A stretch of DNA of 64,000 bases, from contig CAVYBU010000019.1 of NCBI GenBank assembly GCA_963766735.1, forward strand, positions 32,001 to 96,000. Direction: 5' to 3'. The first letter of the stretch is position 1; each line of letters opens with the position of its first letter. Of this stretch, positions 1 through 13,123 are shown piece by piece. The position numbers and the translations under genes were made by a program. Below the pieces are notes generated by a model. That model was given only the letters and a program-made list of their open reading frames with translations. It made no database searches and was not told the DNA's origin. This DNA comes from an uncultured Chloroflexia bacterium. Its GTDB lineage: Bacteria; Chloroflexota; Limnocylindria; Limnocylindrales; CSP1-4.

Positions 1-217
1 CGCACCCCGGCCTGAATCACGTCCGTACTTCCTCGAGACGCCCGGGCATGGAGGATCGGCTACGACGCCATCAACATGGCGCGCGCCCGACCTCGCTGCG
101 GGCGAACCGCTCGGATCTCCCGCCGAGGCGTCGCGACCGCGGAGGCGGCCGGGGCCGCGCACCGCCGGCGGGGTCGTGACGATCTGCCGGCGGGGCGCGG
201 TCACCCCGTCGGAGTAG
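1..217 (+). pseudogene. 3' end of a probable endonuclease IV (Nfo/AP endonuclease family 2) gene, disrupted by several indels
   Basis: Reading across indels gives HPGLNHV-YFLETPG-MEDGYDAINMARA, matching the C-terminal 'LETP' motif of Nfo. TAG near 217. Truncated by the window edge. Confidence 0.45.
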
Positions 218-223
218 CGCCCG

Positions 224-1770
224 TGGGACGTCGCCGACCGACGCATCCCCAGGCAGGTCGAGTGGCTGGGTACCGGCCTGGGCGCTGGCCGCGATCGCGC
301 TGCTGCTGCGCGCCGCCTCGCGGCTGCCAGGCCTCGCGACACGCGGGCCCTGGGACGCGGACCAGGGGCACACGACCTGCTCACGGTCATGGAGCATCGT
401 GCCGGGACGGGGAGCGTACCCCTTCTCGGACCTACGACCCAGCTTCCCGGACGTTCCACCACGGCGCGATCTACTACTACCTCCTGGCCCCGGCAGCTGC
501 GCTCAGCGACACGGATCCGATCGACGGTCACGCTAACATTCGCTCTTTGCCGGCGATCGTCGCTGTCGCGGAGTCTGGTGGCTGGCGTGGCTATCGGCGG
601 GCCTCTGGCGGCGCGGCGGCCGGCCTGCTGACGGCTATCTCGCCATCTGGTCTCGACGGTCCACCTTCATCTGGAACCCGAACCTGATGGTGGCGGCTGC
701 GATGTCGGGCGCCCTGATCGGAGCCGGGCCGAGACCGGGGGTGGGTGCTCGCGGGGATCGGCGCGATGATCACGATGCATGCCACGTGCTGGGCGGTCAT
801 CGTCCGGCCGCGTCGCCTGGGCCAGATGTCCGGGAGGCGGACGCCGGTCCCGCGGACCCGGGCACGGACCGGACGCCGGTGCTCCTGCCGGTGCGGCGGG
901 TGTGCCGCCTGGTGATCGCCGCCGGGTACCTGCCGCTGCGGCATACGAGCTGCAGAATGGCTTCGCGAGACCCGCGCAATCGTCGCCGACGTTGTGGGCG
1001 GTGGCCGGACGCGCCGGGCTTGCGGTTCGCGTCGTCCTCGTGGGGCTGCGCTCGATCACGTGGCCGTTCGTCGGGCTGTTGTCGACCGGCTGGCGCTTGG
1101 GGCGATCGCCGCGGCGGTCTGGCGGGCGCGGCGCATGGTCGCGGGAAGCGGACCGGGCGGACGTGCGGTGGCCGCTGGGACGCTCGGGTCACGGTGGTGG
1201 CGCTGGCACTCTTCGCTCCCCGCCTGGCCACCGTGGTCGCGGTCTGCCCGTCGACCACTACCACGCGTTCCTCGACCCGGTCGTCGTGGTCGCCGGCGTC
1301 GGCCTGGCAGCCCTGGCCCGACGAGGGCGGGCCGGGACCGCCGTCGCGGCCGCGGTTCTGGTCGGCCTGGTGGCCTGGAACCTGGCGACCGCCGGCGGCG
1401 GTCGCGGGCGACGGAGGCTGGCCGGCCGCGGAGAGCGCGCCGGGGAGCGCATCATCGACGCTGCCGGCGACGCGCCGCTGGCGTTCGTCGGCCTGCCCTC
1501 GTTCAAGGGTCCGGACGCCCACCGCTTCCCGGTCACGCGCCGGGGCGCGCTCGTCGTCACGGCCGGCGAGGCGCTTCCGCCCGGTGGCCTCGTGGTGGTG
1601 CTCTGCGAGGACCTCTGGACGCACCTGATCGGGGCGCCCTGCGGCGGGCCGGCCGAGGATCCGGCCGCCGCGTCGTCACCCGCCGCGGGCGGCCGTCCCT
1701 CAGCCTGATCGAGCGCTTCGCGCCGGCCCGGGACGAGTGCTGCTCCGTCTATCGCGCGGCGTCCGGCTGA
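224..1770 (+). pseudogene. Glycosyltransferase family 39 (ArnT/PMT-like) membrane protein, multiply frameshifted
   Basis: Fragments in different frames (WDADQG-HDLL, PLLGPTT, TFHHGAIYYYLLAP, DHYHAFLDPVV, hydrophobic stretches) join into one GT-C membrane protein ending CCSVYRAASG* at 1770. Start approximate. Confidence 0.55.
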
Positions 1771-1819
1771 TCGTCGGGCCGCGCACGAGGTGCCCGCCCG
1801 ACAGGCCGGGTGCGGGCGC

Positions 1820-1866
1820 GGGACATGCGAACGCCGGCCCCTCAGAAGCCGGCGTTCGCTGTCCCC
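1820..1866. terminator. Long GC-rich hairpin between convergent genes
   Basis: gggaca-t-gcgaacgccggc / gccggcgttcgc-tgtccc inverted repeat between the GT39-like gene and the XRE gene. Confidence 0.5.
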
Positions 1867-1915
1867 GAGACCCAGTCCAGGAGGGTGGACCGGGCCTGTG
1901 CCCTGGAATGTCGGT

Positions 1916-2470
1916 TCAGGACCGGCCGGGAGGCCGGATCGGACGCACCGCGGGTCGCGGCGCTCCGTAGCGCTGAGGTGGTGCGGCGCGCGTGACGGTG
2001 GGTGCCGCGACGCCGCCCGACGCGCCGACGGATCGCCCGTAGACGCCCCCGCGACGCTCGACGCGCCGTTGCTGCCGCCGGCCGGTTCGGCCGTCCCGAT
2101 GCTCGAGTACGTCCGCGCGAACCGGCGCACCCGAACGGCCAGGTAGTACTCCATGATCTGGCGGACCTGCGGCTCGGTGAGCGCCTCGTCGGCGCGCAGC
2201 GAGTACTCGACGCGGGCCGTCGGGTTCTGCGGCCCGACGGACACCACGCCCAGCGCGGTGGGCGTGTCGGCGTCGTCGTGGATCTCGCGCAGGCCCGCGG
2301 CCAGCTTCGGTGGCCGTGCCGAGCGACGGCATGCGGTCCCCGCGGATCAGGCGGGAGATCGTCGAGTGGTCCACACCCGACTGCTGCGCCAGCTGGCGCT
2401 GCGACATCTTCTTGGCCTTGAGCTGCGCTCGCAGCCATTCGTTGAAGGCGCGGCCGTTGTCGGTCGTCAT
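1916..2470 (-). CDS. XRE/Cro-C1 family HTH transcriptional regulator (apparent internal frameshift near 2306, possibly compensated downstream)
   Basis: N-terminus FNEWLRAQLKAKKMSQRQLAQQSGVDHSTISRLIRGDRMPS is a classic HTH_3. Plausible protein continues in another frame (KLA.GLREIHDD...RVEYSLRADEALTEPQVRQIMEYYL). Confidence 0.7.
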   Translation of the reverse strand: MTTDNGRAFNEWLRAQLKAKKMSQRQLAQQSGVDHSTISRLIRGDRMPSLGTATEAGRGPARDPRRRRHAHRAGRGVRRAAEPDGPRRVLAARRRGAHRAAGPPDHGVLPGRSGAPVRADVLEHRDGRTGRRQQRRVERRGGVYGRSVGASGGVAAPTVTRAAPPQRYGAPRPAVRPIRPPGRS

Positions 2471-2663
2471 CTCGCTCTGGGCTAGGGCCCGCGTGCCGTA
2501 CGCGGGATTGACTGCAGTGTCGGGTGGATGGTGCGTCCGCCCAATCCCCCGTTGGTACTCACCGGCGGTGCACCCACGCGGCCACGACCGTGCGGTGTGG
2601 TGCCGTCGTGTGGGGTCCGGGCGTAGCCCGATTGGGGTAGGGGGTCCGGGTCCCCCCGCGCCG

Positions 2664-3869
2664 TCAGGTCGCGGGGACGGCGGCCTCGGCCGGCTGCGTG
2701 AGACCCTCGCCGCGCGGCTTGCCCGAGATCGCGTACAGGATCGATCCGAACACGATCACCGAGAACACGCTGATCACCCGGTCGAGCAGGGCGATCGCGG
2801 TCGCCTCGGCCAGGGGCACGCCGTAGACGAGGGTGAGCACGCCGACGATCCCGGCCTCCACGATGCCCAGGCCGGCCGGGCTCAGGGGCACGGCCGTGAG
2901 CAGCGAGCCGATCAGGGCGACGAACACCGCGCCGGAGATGCCGAGCTCCACGCCCGGGAACCCGAGCGCCAGCACCACGAAGTAGAGCCGGAGGGCCTCG
3001 GTCATCCAGATCGCGACCCCGAGCACGCCCAGGGGCGGCAGCTGCCTGCGCTTCAGCGCGCCGAACACGCCCTGCTCGAAGCGGTCGTAGAACTCCACGA
3101 TCCGCTGCGGGAGGAAGCGCATCGCAACCAGGATCCGGCGCCCGAAGTTGCGCAGCGTGAACAGCGCGACCGCGAGGAGGACCACGATCACGAGCGCGAC
3201 GGCGAAGACCGCCTGGATCTCCGGGGGCAGGCCGTTGCGGAAGCTCCAGAACCCGGCGGCGATGCCGAGCAGCGCGATCGTGAAGATGTCCAGGACCCGC
3301 TCGATGAACACCGTCCCGAAGGTCCGGCTGAGCGACGCATCGCTGTTGATCCGCAGGAGGTAGGCGCGGTACACGTCGCCGAGCTTGGCGGGGATGAGGC
3401 AGTTCACGAGCCAGGACAGGTAGAGGATCTCGGTGGAGTCCTTGACGATGATCCGGAAACCCGTCCCGCGGAGCAGCATCGCCCAGCGCAGGCCACGCAG
3501 GGGGAAGCCCGCATAGAACACCAGGAAGGCGACCAGCACCAGGAACGGGTTGGCGCCGGCGATCAGGCCGGGCACCTTGGACAGCGTCTCGCCGTTGAGG
3601 GCGACGAAGAAGGCGATGATCGCGAGCGGGACCAGGATCGAGACGATCGTCTTGGTCTGGCGCAGGCGGCTGCTCAGCGAGACACGCTCGATGGCGTCGT
3701 CGCTGGCGCCCGGCTCGGCGGGCGCCGAAGCAGGAGTGACGCCGGGCTCACCGGCCGGCCGGGGGTGGGTGGCGGACAGCTCCGCACCGATCTCCATCGC
3801 ATCGGACCGTACCGGATCGGCGGCACCCGGCTCTACCGGACGATGGTCCTGCCCCTCGCCCCCGGTCAT
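2664..3869 (-). CDS. Lysylphosphatidylglycerol synthase TM-region / UPF0104 flippase-like membrane protein
   Basis: Multi-TM protein with motifs LRGLRW, NCLIPAKLGDVYR, ERVLD, PAGLGIVE, LLDR. ATGA overlap with the PHP gene. Confidence 0.85.
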   Translation of the reverse strand: MTGGEGQDHRPVEPGAADPVRSDAMEIGAELSATHPRPAGEPGVTPASAPAEPGASDDAIERVSLSSRLRQTKTIVSILVPLAIIAFFVALNGETLSKVPGLIAGANPFLVLVAFLVFYAGFPLRGLRWAMLLRGTGFRIIVKDSTEILYLSWLVNCLIPAKLGDVYRAYLLRINSDASLSRTFGTVFIERVLDIFTIALLGIAAGFWSFRNGLPPEIQAVFAVALVIVVLLAVALFTLRNFGRRILVAMRFLPQRIVEFYDRFEQGVFGALKRRQLPPLGVLGVAIWMTEALRLYFVVLALGFPGVELGISGAVFVALIGSLLTAVPLSPAGLGIVEAGIVGVLTLVYGVPLAEATAIALLDRVISVFSVIVFGSILYAISGKPRGEGLTQPAEAAVPAT

Positions 3870-4612
3870 CCGGCGCTCCCGGCCGGGTCCTGCGGGTCAT
3901 CGGCCTCGGAGGGTCGCCGGCCGTTGCCCCGGATCCGCTGGATCCCCTTGGCGACGGGCGTCCAGAGGCGCACGAAGTAGGTCGCGCGACCGCGCACGAG
4001 CTCAAGGGCAGGGAGGGCAGGGCGGCGAGGGCGGCCAGCAGGCCCTCGGGCGTCGACGGATCCCCGTCGAGCACGGTGTAGGCGACACCGACCTCGAGCG
4101 CGCTGTGCGCGTCCGACACGGCGACGCCGGGGAGCCCCAGCTCCCGCGCGAAGGCCGCCGCCTGCTCGTTGCCGGTTCCGCCCACCACGCGCGCGTTGTG
4201 GGCCTCGATCCAGTCCACGAGCCGGCCCATGGCCTCCAGGCCCGGATCCTTGAGCATGCGAGCCGCGGTACTTGTCGAACGGGTGCGGGATCCCGACCAG
4301 GCCGCCCTGCTCGCGGACCTCCGCGATCGTCTCGGCGGCAGGCCGGCCCGGGGCGACCGCGCGCTCGAGGAACAGCGCGATGAGGTCCCCGTCGGAGGTC
4401 TTGACCTCCTCGCCCACGATCACGGTGAGGCCCTCCGGGGCCGCGTCGCGCGCCATGAGCGCCCCGTCGATGGTGTCGTGATCGGTGATCGCGAGGTGCG
4501 TGATCCCCCGCGAGGCGGCCGCCCGGACCACGCTCTCGGGCCTGGCCAGGCAGTCGAAGCTGGCCGAGGTGTGGCAGTGCAGGTCGACAAACGCCCGCGT
4601 CACCGCGCTCAC
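3866..4612 (-). CDS. PHP-domain phosphoesterase (two compensating frameshifts near 4258 and 4005)
   Basis: DLHCHT, AITDHD, GEEV and HPF motifs. The middle part (EAHNAR...SDAH) lies in the 3748-4257 frame. Confidence 0.8.
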   Translation of the reverse strand: MSAVTRAFVDLHCHTSASFDCLARPESVVRAAASRGITHLAITDHDTIDGALMARDAAPEGLTVIVGEEVKTSDGDLIALFLERAVAPGRPAAETIAEVREQGGLVGIPHPFDKYRGSHAQGSGPGGHGPARGLDRGPQRARGGRNRQRAGGGLRAGAGAPRRRRVGRAQRARGRCRLHRARRGSVDARGPAGRPRRPALPALELVRGRATYFVRLWTPVAKGIQRIRGNGRRPSEADDPQDPAGSAG

Positions 4613-4643
4613 GTCCGCAACCCGCCGGGAGGCAATCGAGCGC

Positions 4644-5642
4644 CTAGATCTGGGAGACCAGGGACTTCTTGAAGAAGTCGAAGTGCTCGAGCGCCAGCCC
4701 CGTCCCCAGGGCGACGCAGTTGAGCGAGTTCTCGGCGACGTGGCAGGGGACGCCGGTGACCTGGGTCAGCAGCTTGTCGATGTTGCGCAGCAGCGAGCCG
4801 CCGCCCGACATGACCATGCCCTTGTCGATGATGTCCGAGGACAGCTCCGGCGGCGTCTGCTCGAGGACCATGCGCACCGCCGCCACCAGCTGCTGGAGCG
4901 GGATCTCGATGGCCTCCATGACCTCGGAGGACGTGATCGGGATCGTGCGCGGCAGGCCCGCGATCAGGTCGCGGCCGCGGACCTCCATCGTCAGCTCGCG
5001 CTCGAGCGGCAGGGCGGTCCCGATCTGGATCTTGACCTCCTCCGCCGTCCGCTCGCCGACCATCAGGTTGTACTTCTTGCGGATGTAGGAGGTGATCGCC
5101 TCGTCGAACTTGTTGCCGCCGACGCGGAGGCTGTTGAACACGACGATGCCGCCGAGCGAGATGACCGCGATCTCGGACGTGCCGCCGCCGATGTCGATGA
5201 TCATGTTCCCGGACGGCCCGCTGATCGGCACGTTGGCGCCGATCGCCGCCGCCAGCGGCTCCTCGATCAGGAACGCGTCCTTGGCGCCGGCCTTGAGGGC
5301 CGCGTCGCGGACGGCGCGCTTCTCGACCGAGGTCACGCCGGCCGGGACGCTGATCATCACCTCGGGCCGGGAGAAGCCGATGCGGCCCTTGGTCGCCTTG
5401 CCGATGAAGAAGCGGAGCATGGCCTCCGTGATGACGTAGTCGGCGATGACGCCGTCCTTCATCGGGCGGATGGCCTGGATGTTGCCGGGCGTCCGGCCGA
5501 TCATCTCGCGGGCTTCCTCGCCCACGGCGACGATCCGGTTGTCCTCGCCGACCGCGACGACGGAGGGCTCCGTGATGACGATGCCCTTGCCCTTGACATA
5601 GACGATGACGTTCGCGGTTCCGAGGTCGATACCGATCTTCAT
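4644..5642 (-). CDS. mreB: Rod shape-determining actin homologue MreB/Mbl
   Basis: [46 protein letters not shown] motifs. Confidence 0.96.
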   Translation of the reverse strand: MKIGIDLGTANVIVYVKGKGIVITEPSVVAVGEDNRIVAVGEEAREMIGRTPGNIQAIRPMKDGVIADYVITEAMLRFFIGKATKGRIGFSRPEVMISVPAGVTSVEKRAVRDAALKAGAKDAFLIEEPLAAAIGANVPISGPSGNMIIDIGGGTSEIAVISLGGIVVFNSLRVGGNKFDEAITSYIRKKYNLMVGERTAEEVKIQIGTALPLERELTMEVRGRDLIAGLPRTIPITSSEVMEAIEIPLQQLVAAVRMVLEQTPPELSSDIIDKGMVMSGGGSLLRNIDKLLTQVTGVPCHVAENSLNCVALGTGLALEHFDFFKKSLVSQI

Positions 5643-5723
5643 GACGGCGGGAATGCTACTCCTGAAGCGGGGCCCGGCCCGTGGAGGCCGGCAGGATGGA
5701 TGAGGGGTTGGGGCGACTGGGCC

Positions 5724-7055
5724 TCAGGCCCGATCGGCCGAACGGGTGATGCTCGCCCCGAGCTGCTGGAACTTGCGGTCGATGTTCTCATACCCGCGGT
5801 GAACGTGGTGTGCGCCGTGGATCAGGGACGCGCCGTCCGCCGCGAGGGCGGCCAGGATGAGCGACGCGCCGGCGCGCAGGTCGCTGATGGACGCCTCGGC
5901 GCCGTGGAGGCGGACCGGGCCGTGGATCGACGCGTGGTGGGCGTCCTCGATATCGATCCGTGCACCCAGCTTGCGCAGCTCGGCCAGCCACTCGATGCGA
6001 TCCTCGAAGATCGCCTCGTGGACGCGCGAGGTGCCGGTGGCCTGGGTCAGGAGCACGCAGGTGGGCGGCTGGACGTCCGTGGCCAGGCCCGGGTACGGCG
6101 CGGTCTCGATGTCGCAGGCGCGCAGGTCGCCGGGCCGCAGGTCCGTGGCGTCGATGTCGATGGTGTGTGCCCCGCAGGCGACCGGCACGCCGATCCGGCC
6201 GAAGGCCTCGATCAGGCCCTGGACGTGGCTGCAGGCTGCGTTCTCCAGCGTCAGCCGGCCGCCGGTGACCGCCGCCGCCACGAGGAAGGTCCCCGTCTCG
6301 ATCCGGTCCGGCAGCACCGAGTGGTTGGCACCGCGGAGCCGCTGGCGGCCGTGGACCTCGATGACGTCCGGGGCCGTCCGCTTGACATCGGCCCCCATCT
6401 CGCGCAGGAAGACGATCAGGTCGTCGACCTCCGGCTCCTGCGCCGCCGGCCGGATGACCGTGTCGCCCTCGGCCAGGGTGGCCGCCAGCATCGCGTTCTC
6501 GGTGCCCATCACGGTCACCTGGGGGAACGTCACCTCGCCGCCACGGAGCCGGCCCGGCGCCTGGGCGTAGTAGTAGCCGTTGCGGTACTCGATCTCCGCG
6601 CCCAGCGCGCGCATCGCGTCCACGTGGAGGTTGACCGGGCGCCGGCCGATCCGGTCCCCGCCCGGGTTGCTGATGATGACGCGCCCGAAGCGGGCGAGGA
6701 GCGGGCCCAGCAGGATGAACGAGGCGCGCATCTTGGCGGCGGCCTCGAGCGGGATGAACAGCCAGTCCACGTCGCCGGCGGCGATCTCGTAGACGCCGGG
6801 GGCCGGGTGATCCACCACGACGCCCAGGTCCGTGAGGACCTCCGCCATGACGCGGACGTCCTCGATCTCGGGCACGTTCTCGAAGCGGCAGCGCTCGCCC
6901 GTCAGGACGGCGGCCGCAAGCAGCTTGAGGGCGGCATTCTTGGCGCCGCTGACCGTGACCGTGCCCCGGAGCGGGCGGCCACCCTCGATCCGGAAGGCTT
7001 CCGGGGGTGCCGCTTCCGGGTGGTACTCCCAGTGGAACGGCCGGGCGTCAGCCAT
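5724..7055 (-). CDS. murA: UDP-N-acetylglucosamine 1-carboxyvinyltransferase (Asp at the catalytic Cys position)
   Basis: SGAKNAAL, KMRAS, PGGDRIGRRP, PDRIETGT, PYPGLATD, DLRAGA, RGYE motifs. Confidence 0.95.
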   Translation of the reverse strand: MADARPFHWEYHPEAAPPEAFRIEGGRPLRGTVTVSGAKNAALKLLAAAVLTGERCRFENVPEIEDVRVMAEVLTDLGVVVDHPAPGVYEIAAGDVDWLFIPLEAAAKMRASFILLGPLLARFGRVIISNPGGDRIGRRPVNLHVDAMRALGAEIEYRNGYYYAQAPGRLRGGEVTFPQVTVMGTENAMLAATLAEGDTVIRPAAQEPEVDDLIVFLREMGADVKRTAPDVIEVHGRQRLRGANHSVLPDRIETGTFLVAAAVTGGRLTLENAACSHVQGLIEAFGRIGVPVACGAHTIDIDATDLRPGDLRACDIETAPYPGLATDVQPPTCVLLTQATGTSRVHEAIFEDRIEWLAELRKLGARIDIEDAHHASIHGPVRLHGAEASISDLRAGASLILAALAADGASLIHGAHHVHRGYENIDRKFQQLGASITRSADRA

Positions 7056-7058
7056 GGT

Positions 7059-7487
7059 CTAGCCGCGCGAGCGCGGGCCCTCCCGGTGGCGGCGTTCGGC
7101 AACCCGGATCCGGAGCAGCGCCTGCTGCAGCTCGCCACGGGCGGCCGCGAGGTCCGCCCCCTCGTGGTAGCCGGACTCGAGCGCGCGCTCCGCCTCGTTG
7201 CGGGCCTCCTCGGCCTTCTCGAGGTCGATCTCGGACGCCATGTCGGCCGTCTCGGCCATCACGACGACCTTGTCCGGGCGGACCTGGAGGAACCCGCCCG
7301 CGATGGCGAAGGTCTCCTCGTCGCCGCCCTTGCGGATCCGGAGCTCGCCCACGCCCAGCAGGCTGACCAGCGGAGTGTGGTGGGGCAGGATCCCAAGCTC
7401 GCCGTCGATGCCCGGCACCAGGACCATGTCGACCTCGTCCGAGTACGCCAGCCGCTCGGGCGTGACGATCTCGAGGTGGAGCGTCAT
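7059..7487 (-). CDS. atpC: F1 ATP synthase epsilon subunit
   Basis: MTLHLEIVTPER...GELGILPHHTPL...GGFLQV. Start placed at ATG 7487; the ORF-track extension to 7787 shows no epsilon similarity. Confidence 0.93.
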   Translation of the reverse strand: MTLHLEIVTPERLAYSDEVDMVLVPGIDGELGILPHHTPLVSLLGVGELRIRKGGDEETFAIAGGFLQVRPDKVVVMAETADMASEIDLEKAEEARNEAERALESGYHEGADLAAARGELQQALLRIRVAERRHREGPRSRG

Positions 7488-7505
7488 CAGTTCGTACCCC
7501 AGTGA

Positions 7506-7779
7506 CGGCCGCTCTCGGCGTGCGCGCTGTCGGGCCGATTCCAGTCCTGCGGGACTGAGATCGGCCTCCATCGCGCCGCCTGCGCGGCCGATTGGCGGTG
7601 AGGCTGCCGCTCCACCCATCCTCCTCGACCCGAGACGGGCGTCCTGACGACGGGCGCCGGGCATCACGGGGAGAGGGAGGGAGGAGGAGACGGACAGTGC
7701 CCGCGCAGACGTCCGGAAAGAGGGCGATCTCAGTCCGCAGACTGGAATCGCCCGAAGGCCGGACGGCGAGAGCGGGCAC
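7506..7779. repeat. Pair of inverted ~85-nt structured hairpin repeats (7506-7590 and 7697-7779) in the atpD-atpC spacer
   Basis: The reverse complement of copy 1 and copy 2 share ccgcgcag...gagg.cgatctcagtcc(c)gcag(g)actggaatcg(g)cccga...acg.cgagagcgg. Each folds as a long interrupted stem-loop with compensatory changes. Confidence 0.8.
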
Positions 7780-7792
7780 ATCTGCATCAGCC

Positions 7793-10095
<2,303 letters not shown>

Positions 10096-10118
10096 TGCTC
10101 GCTACCGCTCCGGGCCGC

Positions 10119-11651
<1,533 letters not shown>

Positions 11652-11720
11652 GGCGTCTCCGTCTGGGCGTTCGCAGGCTCCCGTTCGCTCCGGCTCTCGA
11701 CCGGCCGCGCGGGCGGGGGG

Positions 11721-12272
11721 CTAGCGGAGGCGTGCCCCCGCGTGTAGCTGGTCGCGCAGCCGCTCGAGGCGGCCGCGGATCGAGGCGTCGAGGAGCTGGT
11801 CGCGGACCTGGACGGTCAGCCCGCCCAGGAGGTCCGGATCGACCTCCGCACGGAGCTCCACGGTGGTGCCGGCCATCGTCTCGACCCGGTTCCGGATCGC
11901 GGCGGTCTCGTCCGCGGTGAGCGGCACGGCGCTGGTGACGGTGGCCATGACCACCGCGCGGTGAGCGTTGAGGCGCCGGGCGTACTCCTCGGCAACGCGG
12001 GGGAGGATGCCCACCCGACCGCGTTCCACGAGCAGCGCCACGAGTCGCAGCGCCCCCGGCTGGATCCGCGCCTCCAGGAGCCCGGCCACGATGGCCTTGC
12101 GCTGGACGAGCGGGATGGCCGGGCTGTCCACGACCGGCGCGACGTCGGGCCGGCCGAGGATCTCCGCCGAGAGCGCGAGGTCCTCCTTCCAGCGGTCGAG
12201 CTGGTCGTGCGCGAGGGCCACCTCGAAGGCGGCCTCCGCGTAGCGACGGGCGGCGGCGACGGGTCGGCTCAT
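11721..12272 (-). CDS. atpH: F1 ATP synthase delta subunit
   Basis: ARRYAEA, VTSAVPL, VDPDLLGG...DASIRGRL. Position in operon. Confidence 0.95.
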   Translation of the reverse strand: MSRPVAAARRYAEAAFEVALAHDQLDRWKEDLALSAEILGRPDVAPVVDSPAIPLVQRKAIVAGLLEARIQPGALRLVALLVERGRVGILPRVAEEYARRLNAHRAVVMATVTSAVPLTADETAAIRNRVETMAGTTVELRAEVDPDLLGGLTVQVRDQLLDASIRGRLERLRDQLHAGARLR

Positions 12273-12848
12273 CAGTTCCTGGACCCGGCCGAGTCGGCGA
12301 GGAAGTCCGCTACCAGCTTGCGCTGGCGATCAGAGGTCATCGAGTCGCCGACGACGCGGCCGGCGGCGGCAAGGGCGAGGTCGGTGACCTCCCCACGGAG
12401 CTCTGCGATGGCTCGCTGCTTCTCCGCGTCGATCTCGGCCGTGGCGCGCTCGCGCAGACGTCCGAGCTCTTCGCGGGTGGCGGCGATATCCGCTTCCCTC
12501 GACTCCGCGGCAACCTTCTGGGCGCGGTTGATGATCTCGTTTGCTTCCCGGCGCGCCTCCTGGAGGGCGGCCAGCCGCTCCTGTTCGCCGGACTCGCGAT
12601 CCCTCCGGGCCTGGTCAGCGTCCTGGAGGCCCTGCTCGATACGCGAGCGGCGGTCCTCGAGGGTCTTGCTCAGGCCTGCGAAGGGCGAACTCGCGGATCA
12701 GGAAGAAGAACAGGATGAAGGTCGTCGCCGAGACGATGATCCAGAACAGGTTGATCTGGAACGGCTCCGCCCCGGCCGCCTCGCCGCCCTCAGCTGCGAG
12801 CGCGGCGACCTGCCGGACGCCGTCACGGACAAGGGCGAGGATGTCCAC
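12272..12848 (-). CDS. atpF: F0 ATP synthase subunit b (one-base frameshift near 12684)
   Basis: N-terminal TM (INLFWIIVSATTFILFFFLIREFA), then after removing one C: FAGLSKTLEDRRSRIEQGL...AELRGEVTDLALAAAGRVV...SRN*. Stop overlaps the atpH start (TGATG). Confidence 0.9.
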
Positions 12849-12857
12849 GGCCGGCAA

Positions 12858-13070
12858 CTACGCGGCGAAGATCGCGAGGAGGCCGACGACGATCGCGAGC
12901 ACGCCAAGGCCCTCGGCGAAGGCCGCGAGGATGATGGCGAGACCGCGGATCTGGCCGGCGGCGTCAGGGTTGCGGCCGATCGCGCTGCTCGACATGCCGG
13001 CGAGGATGCCGATGCCGATGCCGGGGCCAAGGACGCCTAGAGCGGCGATGCCGGCGCCAATCGCTTCCAT
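12858..13070 (-). CDS. atpE: F0 ATP synthase subunit c (H+-type)
   Basis: GxGxGxG helix, RNP loop, FAEGL with the carrier Glu. No Q...ES/ET Na+ signature. Confidence 0.96.
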   Translation of the reverse strand: MEAIGAGIAALGVLGPGIGIGILAGMSSSAIGRNPDAAGQIRGLAIILAAFAEGLGVLAIVVGLLAIFAA

Positions 13071-13123
13071 CGAGTGAAACCCTCCATTCGACCCGGGTTG
13101 GCCGGGTTCAGGTGCCTAGGTGA

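Noticed and set aside
7506-7779. CRISPR array, integron attC site or SRP RNA
   Set aside because: Only two copies in inverted orientation, no spacers or cas genes, no RYYYAAC/GTTRRRY ends, and no SRP domain IV consensus.
7488-7787. 100-aa N-terminal extension of AtpC suggested by the ORF track
   Set aside because: The extension has no epsilon-like sequence, runs through the hairpin repeats, and stop-free frames are common at this GC content.
12858-13070. Na+-translocating or N-type ATPase
   Set aside because: Subunit c lacks the Na+-binding Q...ES/T signature and the gene order is the standard IBEFHAGDC.
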